From an uncultured Collinsella sp. (GTDB taxonomy: Bacteria; Actinomycetota; Coriobacteriia; Coriobacteriales; Coriobacteriaceae), in assembly GCA_958403205.1 (NCBI GenBank), contig CATXWM010000007.1, positions 3,613 to 67,612 on the forward strand: DNA of 64,000 nucleotides. Direction: 5' to 3'. The notes beneath the pieces were generated by a model. That model saw nothing but the letters and a program-made list of their open reading frames with translations, did not search any database and was not told where the DNA came from. The translations under genes were made by a program, and so were the position numbers. The first letter of the stretch is position 1. Each line of letters starts with the position of its first letter. Of this stretch, positions 56,143 through 64,000 are shown piece by piece.

Positions 56143-59100
56143 ATGGCGAACACCCAGAACTATATTAACCACCTGCTGCAGAACACCGGCATTACGCCGG
56201 CGTGCAGCGAAGAAGAGCGCTTGGCTGCCGAGGATATCGCTCAGATCTTCCGCAACCACGGCTTTGATCCCGGGGTTCAGGAGTTCAATGCCCCGGCGCC
56301 CAGTAGGTTGGCATTTGCCGTTACCGGTATTCTTGCGTTTGCCGGTGCCCTGCTGATGGGCATCGGCGGCGGTATCGGCTTGGTCGGCACCTTGCTGGCC
56401 ATTGTCGGCGCCGTTCTTTACGTGCTCGAGCGCACGGGCCACCCCGTGGTTTCGCGTCTGGGCAAGACGGGCGTGAGCCAAAATGTCATCGCCTACCACA
56501 AGGCCTCGGGCCCGCTCGCGTCCCCGCGCAACCGCCCGGTGGTCGTTGTCGCACACTACGACTCTCCCCGTGCTGAGCTACTCGCCCGCGAGCCCTATGC
56601 TTCGTATCGTGCGCTCATCGCCAAGCTGTTGCCCGTTGCCACGGTTGCCCCCGCTGCCGTTGCCATCCTGCGTATTCTGCCGCTCCCCGGCGCGCTCAAG
56701 GTTCTGCTGTGGATTGTCGCGATCCTCGCTTCCCTCGTTGCACTCGCCAACGCGGTAAACATCATCTCTAACCGCCACATTCTTCCCTATACGTCCGGCG
56801 CGGTGTGCAACAAGTCTTCTGTCGCCGCTATGCTCGGCGTTATGGACAACGTTGCTCCCTTCCAGGGCGAAAACGAGTTTCCCGACGATGTTCCGTTCGA
56901 TACCTATTTTGGGGAGCAGAAGCGTCGTGCCGAGGAAATGGCGCGCGCAGCGGCGGAATATGCCGCGGCCCAGCAGCAAAACGACTACGGCAACACCATC
57001 GAGTATGAAGAGCCTACCTACGCCGAGGACGAATTCGGTCAGCCGATTGCTCCCGACGCTCAGACCGAGCCCGAACAGGGTGAGGCTTTCGACGAGCAGA
57101 TCGAGGGCTTTGAGGGTGCGTCTGCCGACGAGACGCTGATTGGCGCCATCGTGCCCGAGGATCAGAATCAGGCTGTCCAAGCCGAAGAGTTCAATGACGA
57201 GGTTTCCGCTGCCGAGCCGGTGGAGGAGCCTGTCGCGGCCGAGCCCGAGCCCAAGCTCTATCGCAATGCCGCCGGCAACATCCGCTTTGGTTCGGATGCC
57301 ATCCGTGCGCTCGGAATGCTTCCCGAGTCCTGCACGCTTGATTACGAGGAGGGCGAGGAGCCGACGTTTGAGCCCGAGCCTGCCCCCGTCGTGGCTGCGC
57401 CTGCGCCCGTTGTCGCTGCGGATGATGAGTCTGCCGCGGTTACCGCTGCCGTTGCCGATCCCGAGGCGGTGTCCGCGATCGATCTCGCGGCAGGACTGGA
57501 CATTTTGGCTCCCGCCGCGCCGGCGCAAGACGTTGCGGACGAGTCTGACGACGATTACGTTGAACAGCCGAGGCGCGTGTCTTACGAGAGCGATACTGAT
57601 TTCTCGGCCGAGATTCCCGCGGCAACGCCCCATGCCGACATTGCATCCGCGTTCTCGTCGATTGGCGCCAGCGCTTCCAACTTCTTTAAGGGTGCGCTTG
57701 CAAAGGGCAAGAAATTTGTCGACGATTTCGAGGAGAAGCGCGCTGCCGCACGCGAGGCTGCCGAGCAGGAGGCTATCGCTCAGCAGCAGGCAGCCGAGGC
57801 GGCACGTGAGCACGCGGCGCAAGAGTTCGAGCAGAACGAGGCTGTGCAGTCCGTGCCCGTCGACGCCGCCGAAGCTACAACGTCCTTTGAGTCCCAGCAA
57901 CCGACGTCCGCGGATGTTGTTGAGGCAACAACGTCTTTCGAGGCTCAGCAGCACGTCGATAGCACCATGTCGTTTGATGCCGCGAAGTTCGATTCCACGA
58001 TAACGTTTGAAAAGCAGGGCACCGCGATTGCCGAGCCCCTTCCTGTTTCCGATGAGCAGGGCGACGCGGCAGACGATGACGAGCCTATTGATGCCGCCGA
58101 AATCCAAGATGCCGCCGAGGACGAGCCCGTTGAGGCCAACTCTGGCGAAGAGCAATACGCGGCAGTCGAGCAAGATGATTCGACCGAGGCCGAGCAGGAG
58201 GAAGTGTCTGTGGTTTCCGAGACTCTCGAAACGGATGAGTCGAGACCTTACTCCACGCAGATTTTCACCATGCCGACTCCGAGTGGTTCCGGTGCCACGG
58301 TTGCCAATGTCGCTCCCACCCAGGACGAAACGGTCGATTCCCTTATGGCCCAGATTTCCTCCCAAGCATCGCCGCGTCCGCAGATGAATGTTCCCGATCC
58401 GGCGTCGGCACCGTCGCCTGCACCTTCCTCGTCTCCGCTGGCTTCGGTCCCCGATCCGTCGCTGCCGTCGATGAAGCAGGCAAACGTTGCGTCTCGCACG
58501 TCGCTGTTCGACCTTCCCGACCCCTCTGCCCAGGTCAACGACCCCTTTGCTACCGCCCAAGGTCCCGAACCCACATCGGCACCTGTTGCGCCTCCTATGC
58601 CCGTTGCGTCGGGCGCGCAGCCGATCGAGACCATTTCGGCTCCCGCCCCGGCGGCACCCAAGTCTCGTAAGCGCGGCCTAGGTGGCCTGTTCGGTCGTAA
58701 AAAGAAAAACGAGCAGGACAGCATGAGTGACTGGCTGGGCGTCGAAGACGATTACGATGCCAAGAAGTCCGGTCGCGGTATCGGTTCGTGGGATAATTTC
58801 GAGGACGATAACGATGGCTGGAAGGGTGGCGCTACGTCTTCCGATGGCGCTTCTTCCGAAGATATGCTCTCGGCTGTCGCCTCTATGGGCGATGATGAGC
58901 TGCTCGGTCACGATATCTGGTTTGTGGCAACGGGCGCCTCGGATTGTGATGGCGCCGGCATGAAGGCCTTCTTGGCTTCGCATCGCGACAAGCTCCGCGG
59001 CGTATTCTTCATCAATCTTGAATCCGTCGGCGCCGGTAGGCTTTCGGTGGTGACGGTCGAGGGCGAACAGCAGCTGCTCAAGGGCGATCGCCGCATCATG

Positions 59101-59340
59101 AACCTGGTCAGCAAGGTGTGCAAGTCGTTCCATGTCGATTGTGGCGCGCTCGAGATGCCCTATGCCAAGACCGATGCCTATGCCGCGCTCGAGGCGAGCC
59201 GCCGAGCCCTCACCATCGCCGGCGTGGACGGCACGTGTCTGGCTTGCGCTCGTACCGAGGACGACCTGCCCCACAATGTCAACCCGACGAACATTGCCAC
59301 GGTATCCGAGGTCGTGACCGAGGTTATCCGCCGTTCGTAG
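56143..59340 (+). CDS. Membrane-anchored M28 peptidase-like protein with a very large acidic insertion, probably catalytically inactive
   Basis: VVVVAHYDS, GAVCNKSSVAAML, IWFVATGASD, FINLESVG; four TM segments; long E/D/A/P-rich tract. Start MANTQ after GGAG. Confidence 0.8.
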   Translation: MANTQNYINHLLQNTGITPACSEEERLAAEDIAQIFRNHGFDPGVQEFNAPAPSRLAFAVTGILAFAGALLMGIGGGIGLVGTLLAIVGAVLYVLERTGHPVVSRLGKTGVSQNVIAYHKASGPLASPRNRPVVVVAHYDSPRAELLAREPYASYRALIAKLLPVATVAPAAVAILRILPLPGALKVLLWIVAILASLVALANAVNIISNRHILPYTSGAVCNKSSVAAMLGVMDNVAPFQGENEFPDDVPFDTYFGEQKRRAEEMARAAAEYAAAQQQNDYGNTIEYEEPTYAEDEFGQPIAPDAQTEPEQGEAFDEQIEGFEGASADETLIGAIVPEDQNQAVQAEEFNDEVSAAEPVEEPVAAEPEPKLYRNAAGNIRFGSDAIRALGMLPESCTLDYEEGEEPTFEPEPAPVVAAPAPVVAADDESAAVTAAVADPEAVSAIDLAAGLDILAPAAPAQDVADESDDDYVEQPRRVSYESDTDFSAEIPAATPHADIASAFSSIGASASNFFKGALAKGKKFVDDFEEKRAAAREAAEQEAIAQQQAAEAAREHAAQEFEQNEAVQSVPVDAAEATTSFESQQPTSADVVEATTSFEAQQHVDSTMSFDAAKFDSTITFEKQGTAIAEPLPVSDEQGDAADDDEPIDAAEIQDAAEDEPVEANSGEEQYAAVEQDDSTEAEQEEVSVVSETLETDESRPYSTQIFTMPTPSGSGATVANVAPTQDETVDSLMAQISSQASPRPQMNVPDPASAPSPAPSSSPLASVPDPSLPSMKQANVASRTSLFDLPDPSAQVNDPFATAQGPEPTSAPVAPPMPVASGAQPIETISAPAPAAPKSRKRGLGGLFGRKKKNEQDSMSDWLGVEDDYDAKKSGRGIGSWDNFEDDNDGWKGGATSSDGASSEDMLSAVASMGDDELLGHDIWFVATGASDCDGAGMKAFLASHRDKLRGVFFINLESVGAGRLSVVTVEGEQQLLKGDRRIMNLVSKVCKSFHVDCGALEMPYAKTDAYAALEASRRALTIAGVDGTCLACARTEDDLPHNVNPTNIATVSEVVTEVIRRS

Positions 59341-59361
59341 ACGGAGCTCTAAGGAGTCAAC

Positions 59362-59580
59362 GTGTTTTCGTATATTAAGCGCCATTGGCCTGTCTACGTG
59401 ATTTTGACCTTGATTGCCATTGCGTTAGGATTTGGGGCTGCCTACATCGTGGGTGCAAAGGGCTCGACCCCTGCCTCCGCAATCAGCGAAGAGGTGGAGC
59501 AAGAACAGAGCACGGGTGCCGATGGGATTCCTGAGTCCGAGCAGGCAATCGTTGATGGTGGATCTTCGTCTGCAGAGTAG
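59362..59580 (+). CDS. Small hypothetical membrane protein
   Basis: AAGGAG RBS, GTG start, one TM followed by an acidic tail. Confidence 0.7.
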   Translation: MFSYIKRHWPVYVILTLIAIALGFGAAYIVGAKGSTPASAISEEVEQEQSTGADGIPESEQAIVDGGSSSAE

Positions 59581-59601
59581 ATACGGCGATTCAAATGATT
59601 G

Positions 59602-59639
59602 AAAGCGGGCGAGCCGGGGGACTGGCTCGCCCGCTTTTT
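59602..59639. terminator. Bidirectional terminator
   Basis: AAAGCGGGCGAGCC..GGCTCGCCCGCTTTTT between convergent genes. Confidence 0.8.
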
Positions 59640-59646
59640 CATCGCG

Positions 59647-62600
59647 CTAGCGCTTCTTTGGGACCGACCTAAGGCGAGCGAACCATAGGGCTGCGGCACC
59701 CGAGGTCAGGAGCGCGGTGATGCAAGCGGCGATGGGAACTGATCCTGTTGCCGGTAGGTCCTGCGGTAGGGTACAGCGTTGAATGACACGGTCCTCGTCA
59801 TGTGACTCAAGTTTATCGCCGCCGCCGTTGCGGCAAAGATCGACGCGCGCGCTGTTGGTGAGTGCGGTTTGGGGCGTATAAGCCGACGTTGCCTGCATGT
59901 GCACGACTGCGCCCCGAGCGTCTGTGCCAAGGATTGCTTTGGCATCGTCAAGGTCGTCGTGCTCATCTTTGAGATCATCGCGGGTCCAAGAATCCGCATC
60001 GCTTCGAGTCGTAAAGTCGGCAGCTACCGCACCGTATTCAATTCGAATGCCCGTTACGACGGTATTGGATGCAAGGTCGAGCTCTTCCGCCTCGAGTGTT
60101 GTGGATTCCGTGGTCGAGACATCCGCCTTCCAGAGGCGCCAGCCGTCGTAATCGACGAGGCGACAGTCCTCACCAAGGCTCTCTTTTACTTCGTCGGACT
60201 CAAGCCAAGGATTTTCGTGCCCATCGTCAAGTGTCGCGTTCGCCGGTTCATCGACGTCTGTCGAGTCCAACGGCGTCGTGCGATACCATACGTTGCACAG
60301 ACCGTTGAGGTCGCCGATGGCGACGGGGGTTTCGATTGAGATGAATCTCGCCGTGCCGTCTTTGGCGCACTCAAGATCATCGGTAATCGTAAACTCATCA
60401 ACCCAAGTAGCGGAATCGTTTCGAGCATCGATGGTATAGGAGAAAAGCCCATCACTATTGGTTTGCGTCGTGGCGCGGTTTTTACCATCGCCGTTAGCCA
60501 ACAGGCCTTTTTCGATAGGTTGGACAAGTTCCTGACGCTTGTCGACCTGTCCCTTGATCTCGATGGGCGCATCCTTCATCGCGACGGGTTGGACATCTCC
60601 CGTATCCTTTATTTCAAACGTTATCTCCTCGGCAAGGTCATAGGTCCGCGGAGACATCATTTCGCGCAACGAGTAGGTGCCGGGTGCAAGATGTTCGACG
60701 CGGTGCGGCTTGTCGGATGAGGTCCAGGAGTCTATTTCGGTTTTATCGGGACCATATAAGGTGAGTTGTGCGCCTTCCACTTCCTGCTCACCGCTTGCAT
60801 CGACCTTGGAGATATCAACCTTGGTGTAATCGTCGGATACGTTAAGCCGTGCTTCTACGACGGGTGTTTTCTGGTCGGCATAAGCGAGGTCTACGATATG
60901 GGGCGTCCGGTCGAGTAAAAAGCCGGTCGGCGCTTGAGTCTCGACGACCTCGTAGCGTGCGGTGCCAGATCCCAGCGGGAGGTTGTCCGCGCGTGCTTCT
61001 CCAGTTTCATCCGACGTGACGGTCGCGACGGTCTCACCGTCGAGCGCGGCAATGCTACCGTCGGGGCGCACGATATCACCCGAGGCACGGATCTCAAAGA
61101 CGGCGCCCGCGAGGCTGCTGCCGTCTATGGCATCGGTTTTAACAATCCTGATGTTTCCGGTCGCGGCGTGGTCATAATACGAGGCGATTGCAACGGGCGT
61201 TAGGTTCATGTCGGCGGGTATGTTTACCTCGATTTCTTCGCCGACAAGATAGGGCTCTTTGGCCGAGGTTTCGCGTACATAATAGGTGCCCGGTACGAGC
61301 GATTCGGGCAGTGTGACGGTCCCGGTCGCGTCAGTCGTAAAGGTGTCCATTACGTTATGTGCTGGATACCAGCAAGTTTGTGAGACAGGTTCGTGATTGC
61401 TGTCGAGGAGTTGGAAGGTGAATCCGGCTAGTGGAACAGAAGCGCCTGTTTGGGCATCGCGTTTTACAATCTGGAGATGCGTCGACAGAGCGTGGTTGTC
61501 CACGATATATTGAAGCTCGGCGCCGTTGGAAATCTGATTGGCCCCGACGGTCCATTCCCCTGCACGTTTAAAACCCTCGGGGACGGTTTCCGGAACCTCG
61601 CGAACCGTGTAGCCGGCACGGTCGTATGGGACGGCTCCGTGGACACCGGCGGGTCGCTTACCTGTGCCGAACCATGCTTCGGGCTGGTCTTTGGTGGAGG
61701 CAAAGCCATAGATGTTTGTGGTCAATGTGCCAACAACCTGCTGAGAGCTGTTGCTGACAACCTCAAAGACAACACCACCCGCCGGCTGCTCCAGGCCGGA
61801 TTGGTCGCTATTGCCGTAATCCTTGAATTTGGAAATCTCAAGGTCAAACGCAATGGAGATATCGGAAATGCGAGATTCGATCTCGACCACGCCTGAATCG
61901 CCGAGCTGGTCGGCTCCAACGGTATAGGTCCAGCTGTCGTTGGATGGCAGGTAGCCCTCGGGGGCTTTTGATTCGTAGATGGTAAAGGTTCCTAAGGGGA
62001 CATCGGCGAGGGTGGCCCGACCGCTTTCGTCGGTCGTGAGGATTTGCGCCCATCCAGGGGTTGATTGCGACACACACGTGAACTCTGCTCCTGCGAGTGA
62101 AGATCCCGCCTGGGGGCCGGCATTCGTCGCGACATCGAGTTTTACGATATGCAGGTTGATGATGCCGGGCTGTTCATCAATGGCGACCTGTCCACCGTCA
62201 TTCCCCGTGGTAAAGGCGATGCGATCACGACGGGGGACATAGCCGGCCGGCGCCTTCGTTTCAACTAGGTAGTATGCAGTGTTGGGCAGAAGAGTTGCTT
62301 GCGCCCGACCGTTGCCGTCCATCTGGATGGTGCCAACACGTGCGTCGCTGGCGCTCTCAAAAATATCGAATGTTGCCCCGGTAAGCTGATAGGTATTGTT
62401 TCCGCTGGTAATAACGGTGTTTGCAGACTGCTTTTGGAAGGAAACAGAGACCGCCGGTAGTACATAGAGCATGTCTTGACGTTTGCTGCCGCCCGATATG
62501 GTTCCTAGATAGCGCCGCGCGCGGTGCGGAGCGGCTTTGATGCTTCCTGATTTTGCGCTGTCGTGGAGCCACCGCGCAGCCGCCACGACTTCATTGTCGG

Positions 62601-63078
62601 CGGTAAAGTGCCCACTCTTGGTTTTGCCCTGAGCGGTCGTGTAGGAGTAGGTGCCGTCGACATGGGTGGTGCCGTTGAGCATCCATACGGCAAGCTGGGT
62701 GGCGGCGCGGGCGCGATCGGGTGAAAGATGGTAACCGCCAAACGACGTGGCGGTAGGATATCCGTGACAAACGATTGCCGCGAACTCGTCGTCGAGCCAC
62801 ACCCAGCCTTGATCAAAGTTGAGCCATGGGCCGCCCGGCTTGGTGGGGCCGGGGCGCTCCTGGTTCATGCAGTAGGCAATCGAGGCGTCTTGAGCTTCAT
62901 ACTTGCCGATGAGGAAGGGCCCACAATCATCGCTAATAGTGCGGAAGCCGAGCTGGTCGTATCCATCGACGGCAAATGCGGCTCCCGGTGCCAGACAGCC
63001 GAAAAGCAGGAAGAGGAGCAGGAGCAGCGGACCTGTTGCGATTGCGCTGTGGACAGAGTGCGTGGGTGCGTTGGACAT
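59647..63078 (-). CDS. Thioester-domain (TED) surface adhesin with SpaA/Cna-B repeats, LPXTG-anchored
   Basis: Signal peptide; AYCMN, ATQLAVW, RQDMLY; repeated LAGA.F..ETKAP.GY units; LPATG plus TM and basic tail. Confidence 0.88.
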   Translation of the reverse strand: MSNAPTHSVHSAIATGPLLLLLFLLFGCLAPGAAFAVDGYDQLGFRTISDDCGPFLIGKYEAQDASIAYCMNQERPGPTKPGGPWLNFDQGWVWLDDEFAAIVCHGYPTATSFGGYHLSPDRARAATQLAVWMLNGTTHVDGTYSYTTAQGKTKSGHFTADNEVVAAARWLHDSAKSGSIKAAPHRARRYLGTISGGSKRQDMLYVLPAVSVSFQKQSANTVITSGNNTYQLTGATFDIFESASDARVGTIQMDGNGRAQATLLPNTAYYLVETKAPAGYVPRRDRIAFTTGNDGGQVAIDEQPGIINLHIVKLDVATNAGPQAGSSLAGAEFTCVSQSTPGWAQILTTDESGRATLADVPLGTFTIYESKAPEGYLPSNDSWTYTVGADQLGDSGVVEIESRISDISIAFDLEISKFKDYGNSDQSGLEQPAGGVVFEVVSNSSQQVVGTLTTNIYGFASTKDQPEAWFGTGKRPAGVHGAVPYDRAGYTVREVPETVPEGFKRAGEWTVGANQISNGAELQYIVDNHALSTHLQIVKRDAQTGASVPLAGFTFQLLDSNHEPVSQTCWYPAHNVMDTFTTDATGTVTLPESLVPGTYYVRETSAKEPYLVGEEIEVNIPADMNLTPVAIASYYDHAATGNIRIVKTDAIDGSSLAGAVFEIRASGDIVRPDGSIAALDGETVATVTSDETGEARADNLPLGSGTARYEVVETQAPTGFLLDRTPHIVDLAYADQKTPVVEARLNVSDDYTKVDISKVDASGEQEVEGAQLTLYGPDKTEIDSWTSSDKPHRVEHLAPGTYSLREMMSPRTYDLAEEITFEIKDTGDVQPVAMKDAPIEIKGQVDKRQELVQPIEKGLLANGDGKNRATTQTNSDGLFSYTIDARNDSATWVDEFTITDDLECAKDGTARFISIETPVAIGDLNGLCNVWYRTTPLDSTDVDEPANATLDDGHENPWLESDEVKESLGEDCRLVDYDGWRLWKADVSTTESTTLEAEELDLASNTVVTGIRIEYGAVAADFTTRSDADSWTRDDLKDEHDDLDDAKAILGTDARGAVVHMQATSAYTPQTALTNSARVDLCRNGGGDKLESHDEDRVIQRCTLPQDLPATGSVPIAACITALLTSGAAALWFARLRSVPKKR

Positions 63079-63375
63079 GGCTGCTCCTTATCCCTCGTGC
63101 GCCGCATGGGGAGGGCGCGACGCGTAGGATGAGGCTACCCCCGAGGTTCATGCGGGTAAGTACCGGAGCCTGACCAAAAGCTTGCCCAATTCCTGACAAA
63201 TTGAGCTCAAATACAACAATCAAGCAAAAGCGCAGGTAGAAGATAGGGAGAACAGGAGGGCAAAGGTCCTCGTCTCCACAATTGACGCGATTTTCAAACG
63301 AATCTCCACAGCTAAAACAAGCATCGCCACCCTTGTATCGAACAAGACAACCGCGTTATACTAGCCAACACACAA

Positions 63376-63450
63376 GCGGGCATCGCCAAGTGGTAAGGCA
63401 TCAGCTTCCCAAGCTGACACTCGCGGGTTCGAGTCCCGTTGCCCGCTCCA
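63376..63450 (+). tRNA. tRNA-Gly(CCC)
   Basis: GCGGGCA acceptor stem, TCAGC-TTCCCAA-GCTGA anticodon arm, GGTTCGAGTCC, encoded CCA. Confidence 0.96.
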
Positions 63451-63460
63451 TTCGAATTTC

Positions 63461-63494
63461 AGGCACGGTAACGTTTCGTTACCGTGCCTTTTTC
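63461..63494 (+). terminator. Intrinsic terminator after tRNA-Gly
   Basis: AGGCACGGTAAC-GTTTC-GTTACCGTGCCTTTTT. Confidence 0.85.
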
Positions 63495-63504
63495 AATAAA
63501 GTGC

Positions 63505-63772
63505 CGGGACTCGAACCCGACAGGGTGCGAGCGTTAAATAAACGCGAAGCGTTTATAGCGAGCAGGCAAGGTCGCCGATAGGCGACCGCAGCCGGTGCGT
63601 ATTTGCGAAGCAAATACGCAGACGTCCCGTTGCCCGCTCCATGGAGCAAGGAAGATTTCGGGAATGGTAGATTCAGCCCGCTTTGCTCCCACACTTCCCC
63701 GGATCTCGGTATGCCACTGAAGCCGGTGCGTATTTGCGAAGCAAATACGCGGACGTCCCGTTGCCCGCTCCA
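63505..63772. repeat. tRNA-Gly-tailored multi-hairpin element plus a partial tandem copy
   Basis: Antisense T-arm copy 63505-63519, three hairpins, exact tRNA 3'-end copies at 63624-63641 and 63755-63772; 52-bp direct repeat 63590-63641 / 63721-63772. Confidence 0.85.
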
Positions 63773-63874
63773 ATTCCAAAATGTTAGGTTAATGCCTGCT
63801 GCCCATACTTGCACCTGCGCACGGTACAATGGTTGGGTTACGACCAACGTGCCAATAACCAAAAAGGAGCCGCT

Positions 63875-64000
63875 ATGATCGATCGCTATACCCGCCCGGA
63901 GATGGGACACATCTTCTCCCTCGAGAACAAGTACGCCATTTGGCAGGAGATCGAGGTTCTGGCCTGCGAGGCCCAGGCGGAGCTCGGCAAGATCGGTATT
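63875..64000 (+). CDS. purB: Adenylosuccinate lyase, 5' part (runs off the window end)
   Basis: Not in the ORF track. MIDRYTRPEMGHIFSLENKYAIWQEIEVLACEAQAELGKI after AAAGGAG. Confidence 0.92.
   Translation, partial: MIDRYTRPEMGHIFSLENKYAIWQEIEVLACEAQAELGKIGI

Noticed and set aside
63079..63215. c-di-GMP riboswitch upstream of the TED adhesin
   Set aside because: Some pairing is possible (AGGCT/AGCCT), but I cannot match the GEMM consensus. An Infernal/Rfam scan would decide.
63433..63772. CRISPR array or additional tRNA genes
   Set aside because: The repeats are tRNA 3'-end fragments without D or anticodon arms, and the spacing is irregular; reported as a repeat element instead.

Overview
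Chromosomal replication-origin region of a high-GC actinobacterium; gene content and protein style suggest Coriobacteriia (Collinsella-like), which is an inference. Core genes from left to right: purF (partial), moaE-like, class B sortase, purE, carAB, an ABC exporter, a NUDIX hydrolase, purD, purA, dnaB-rplI-rpsR-ssb-rpsF, two tRNA-Ser, a two-gene pilus/adhesin island with no sortase of its own, typA, tRNA-Ile/Ala/Ile, and gyrA-gyrB-dciA-recF-dnaN-dnaA. An unusual GHKL-ATPase/Gln-rich/wHTH gene lies between dnaA and rpmH. It is followed by rpmH-rnpA-yidD-yidC-jag-rsmG-parA-parB with parS sites, rlmN, ddl, an exonuclease-DinG fusion, a PafBC-like WYL pair, a split and apparently inactive M28 peptidase, a thioester-domain adhesin, tRNA-Gly and purB (partial). 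Gene polarity switches at about 43.5 kb, as expected at oriC. The most novel signal is a pair of roughly 140-150 bp non-coding multi-hairpin elements, one behind tRNA-Ser(CGA) and one behind tRNA-Gly(CCC). They share one scaffold with co-varying stems, but each carries antisense and sense copies of the 3' end of its own neighbouring tRNA. Other notable points are non-canonical DnaA boxes (TTTTCAACA) alongside an altered DnaA domain IV, a parS site inside dnaA, and several REP/REPIN-like palindromes. No database searches were run; product calls rest on recognised motifs and synteny.
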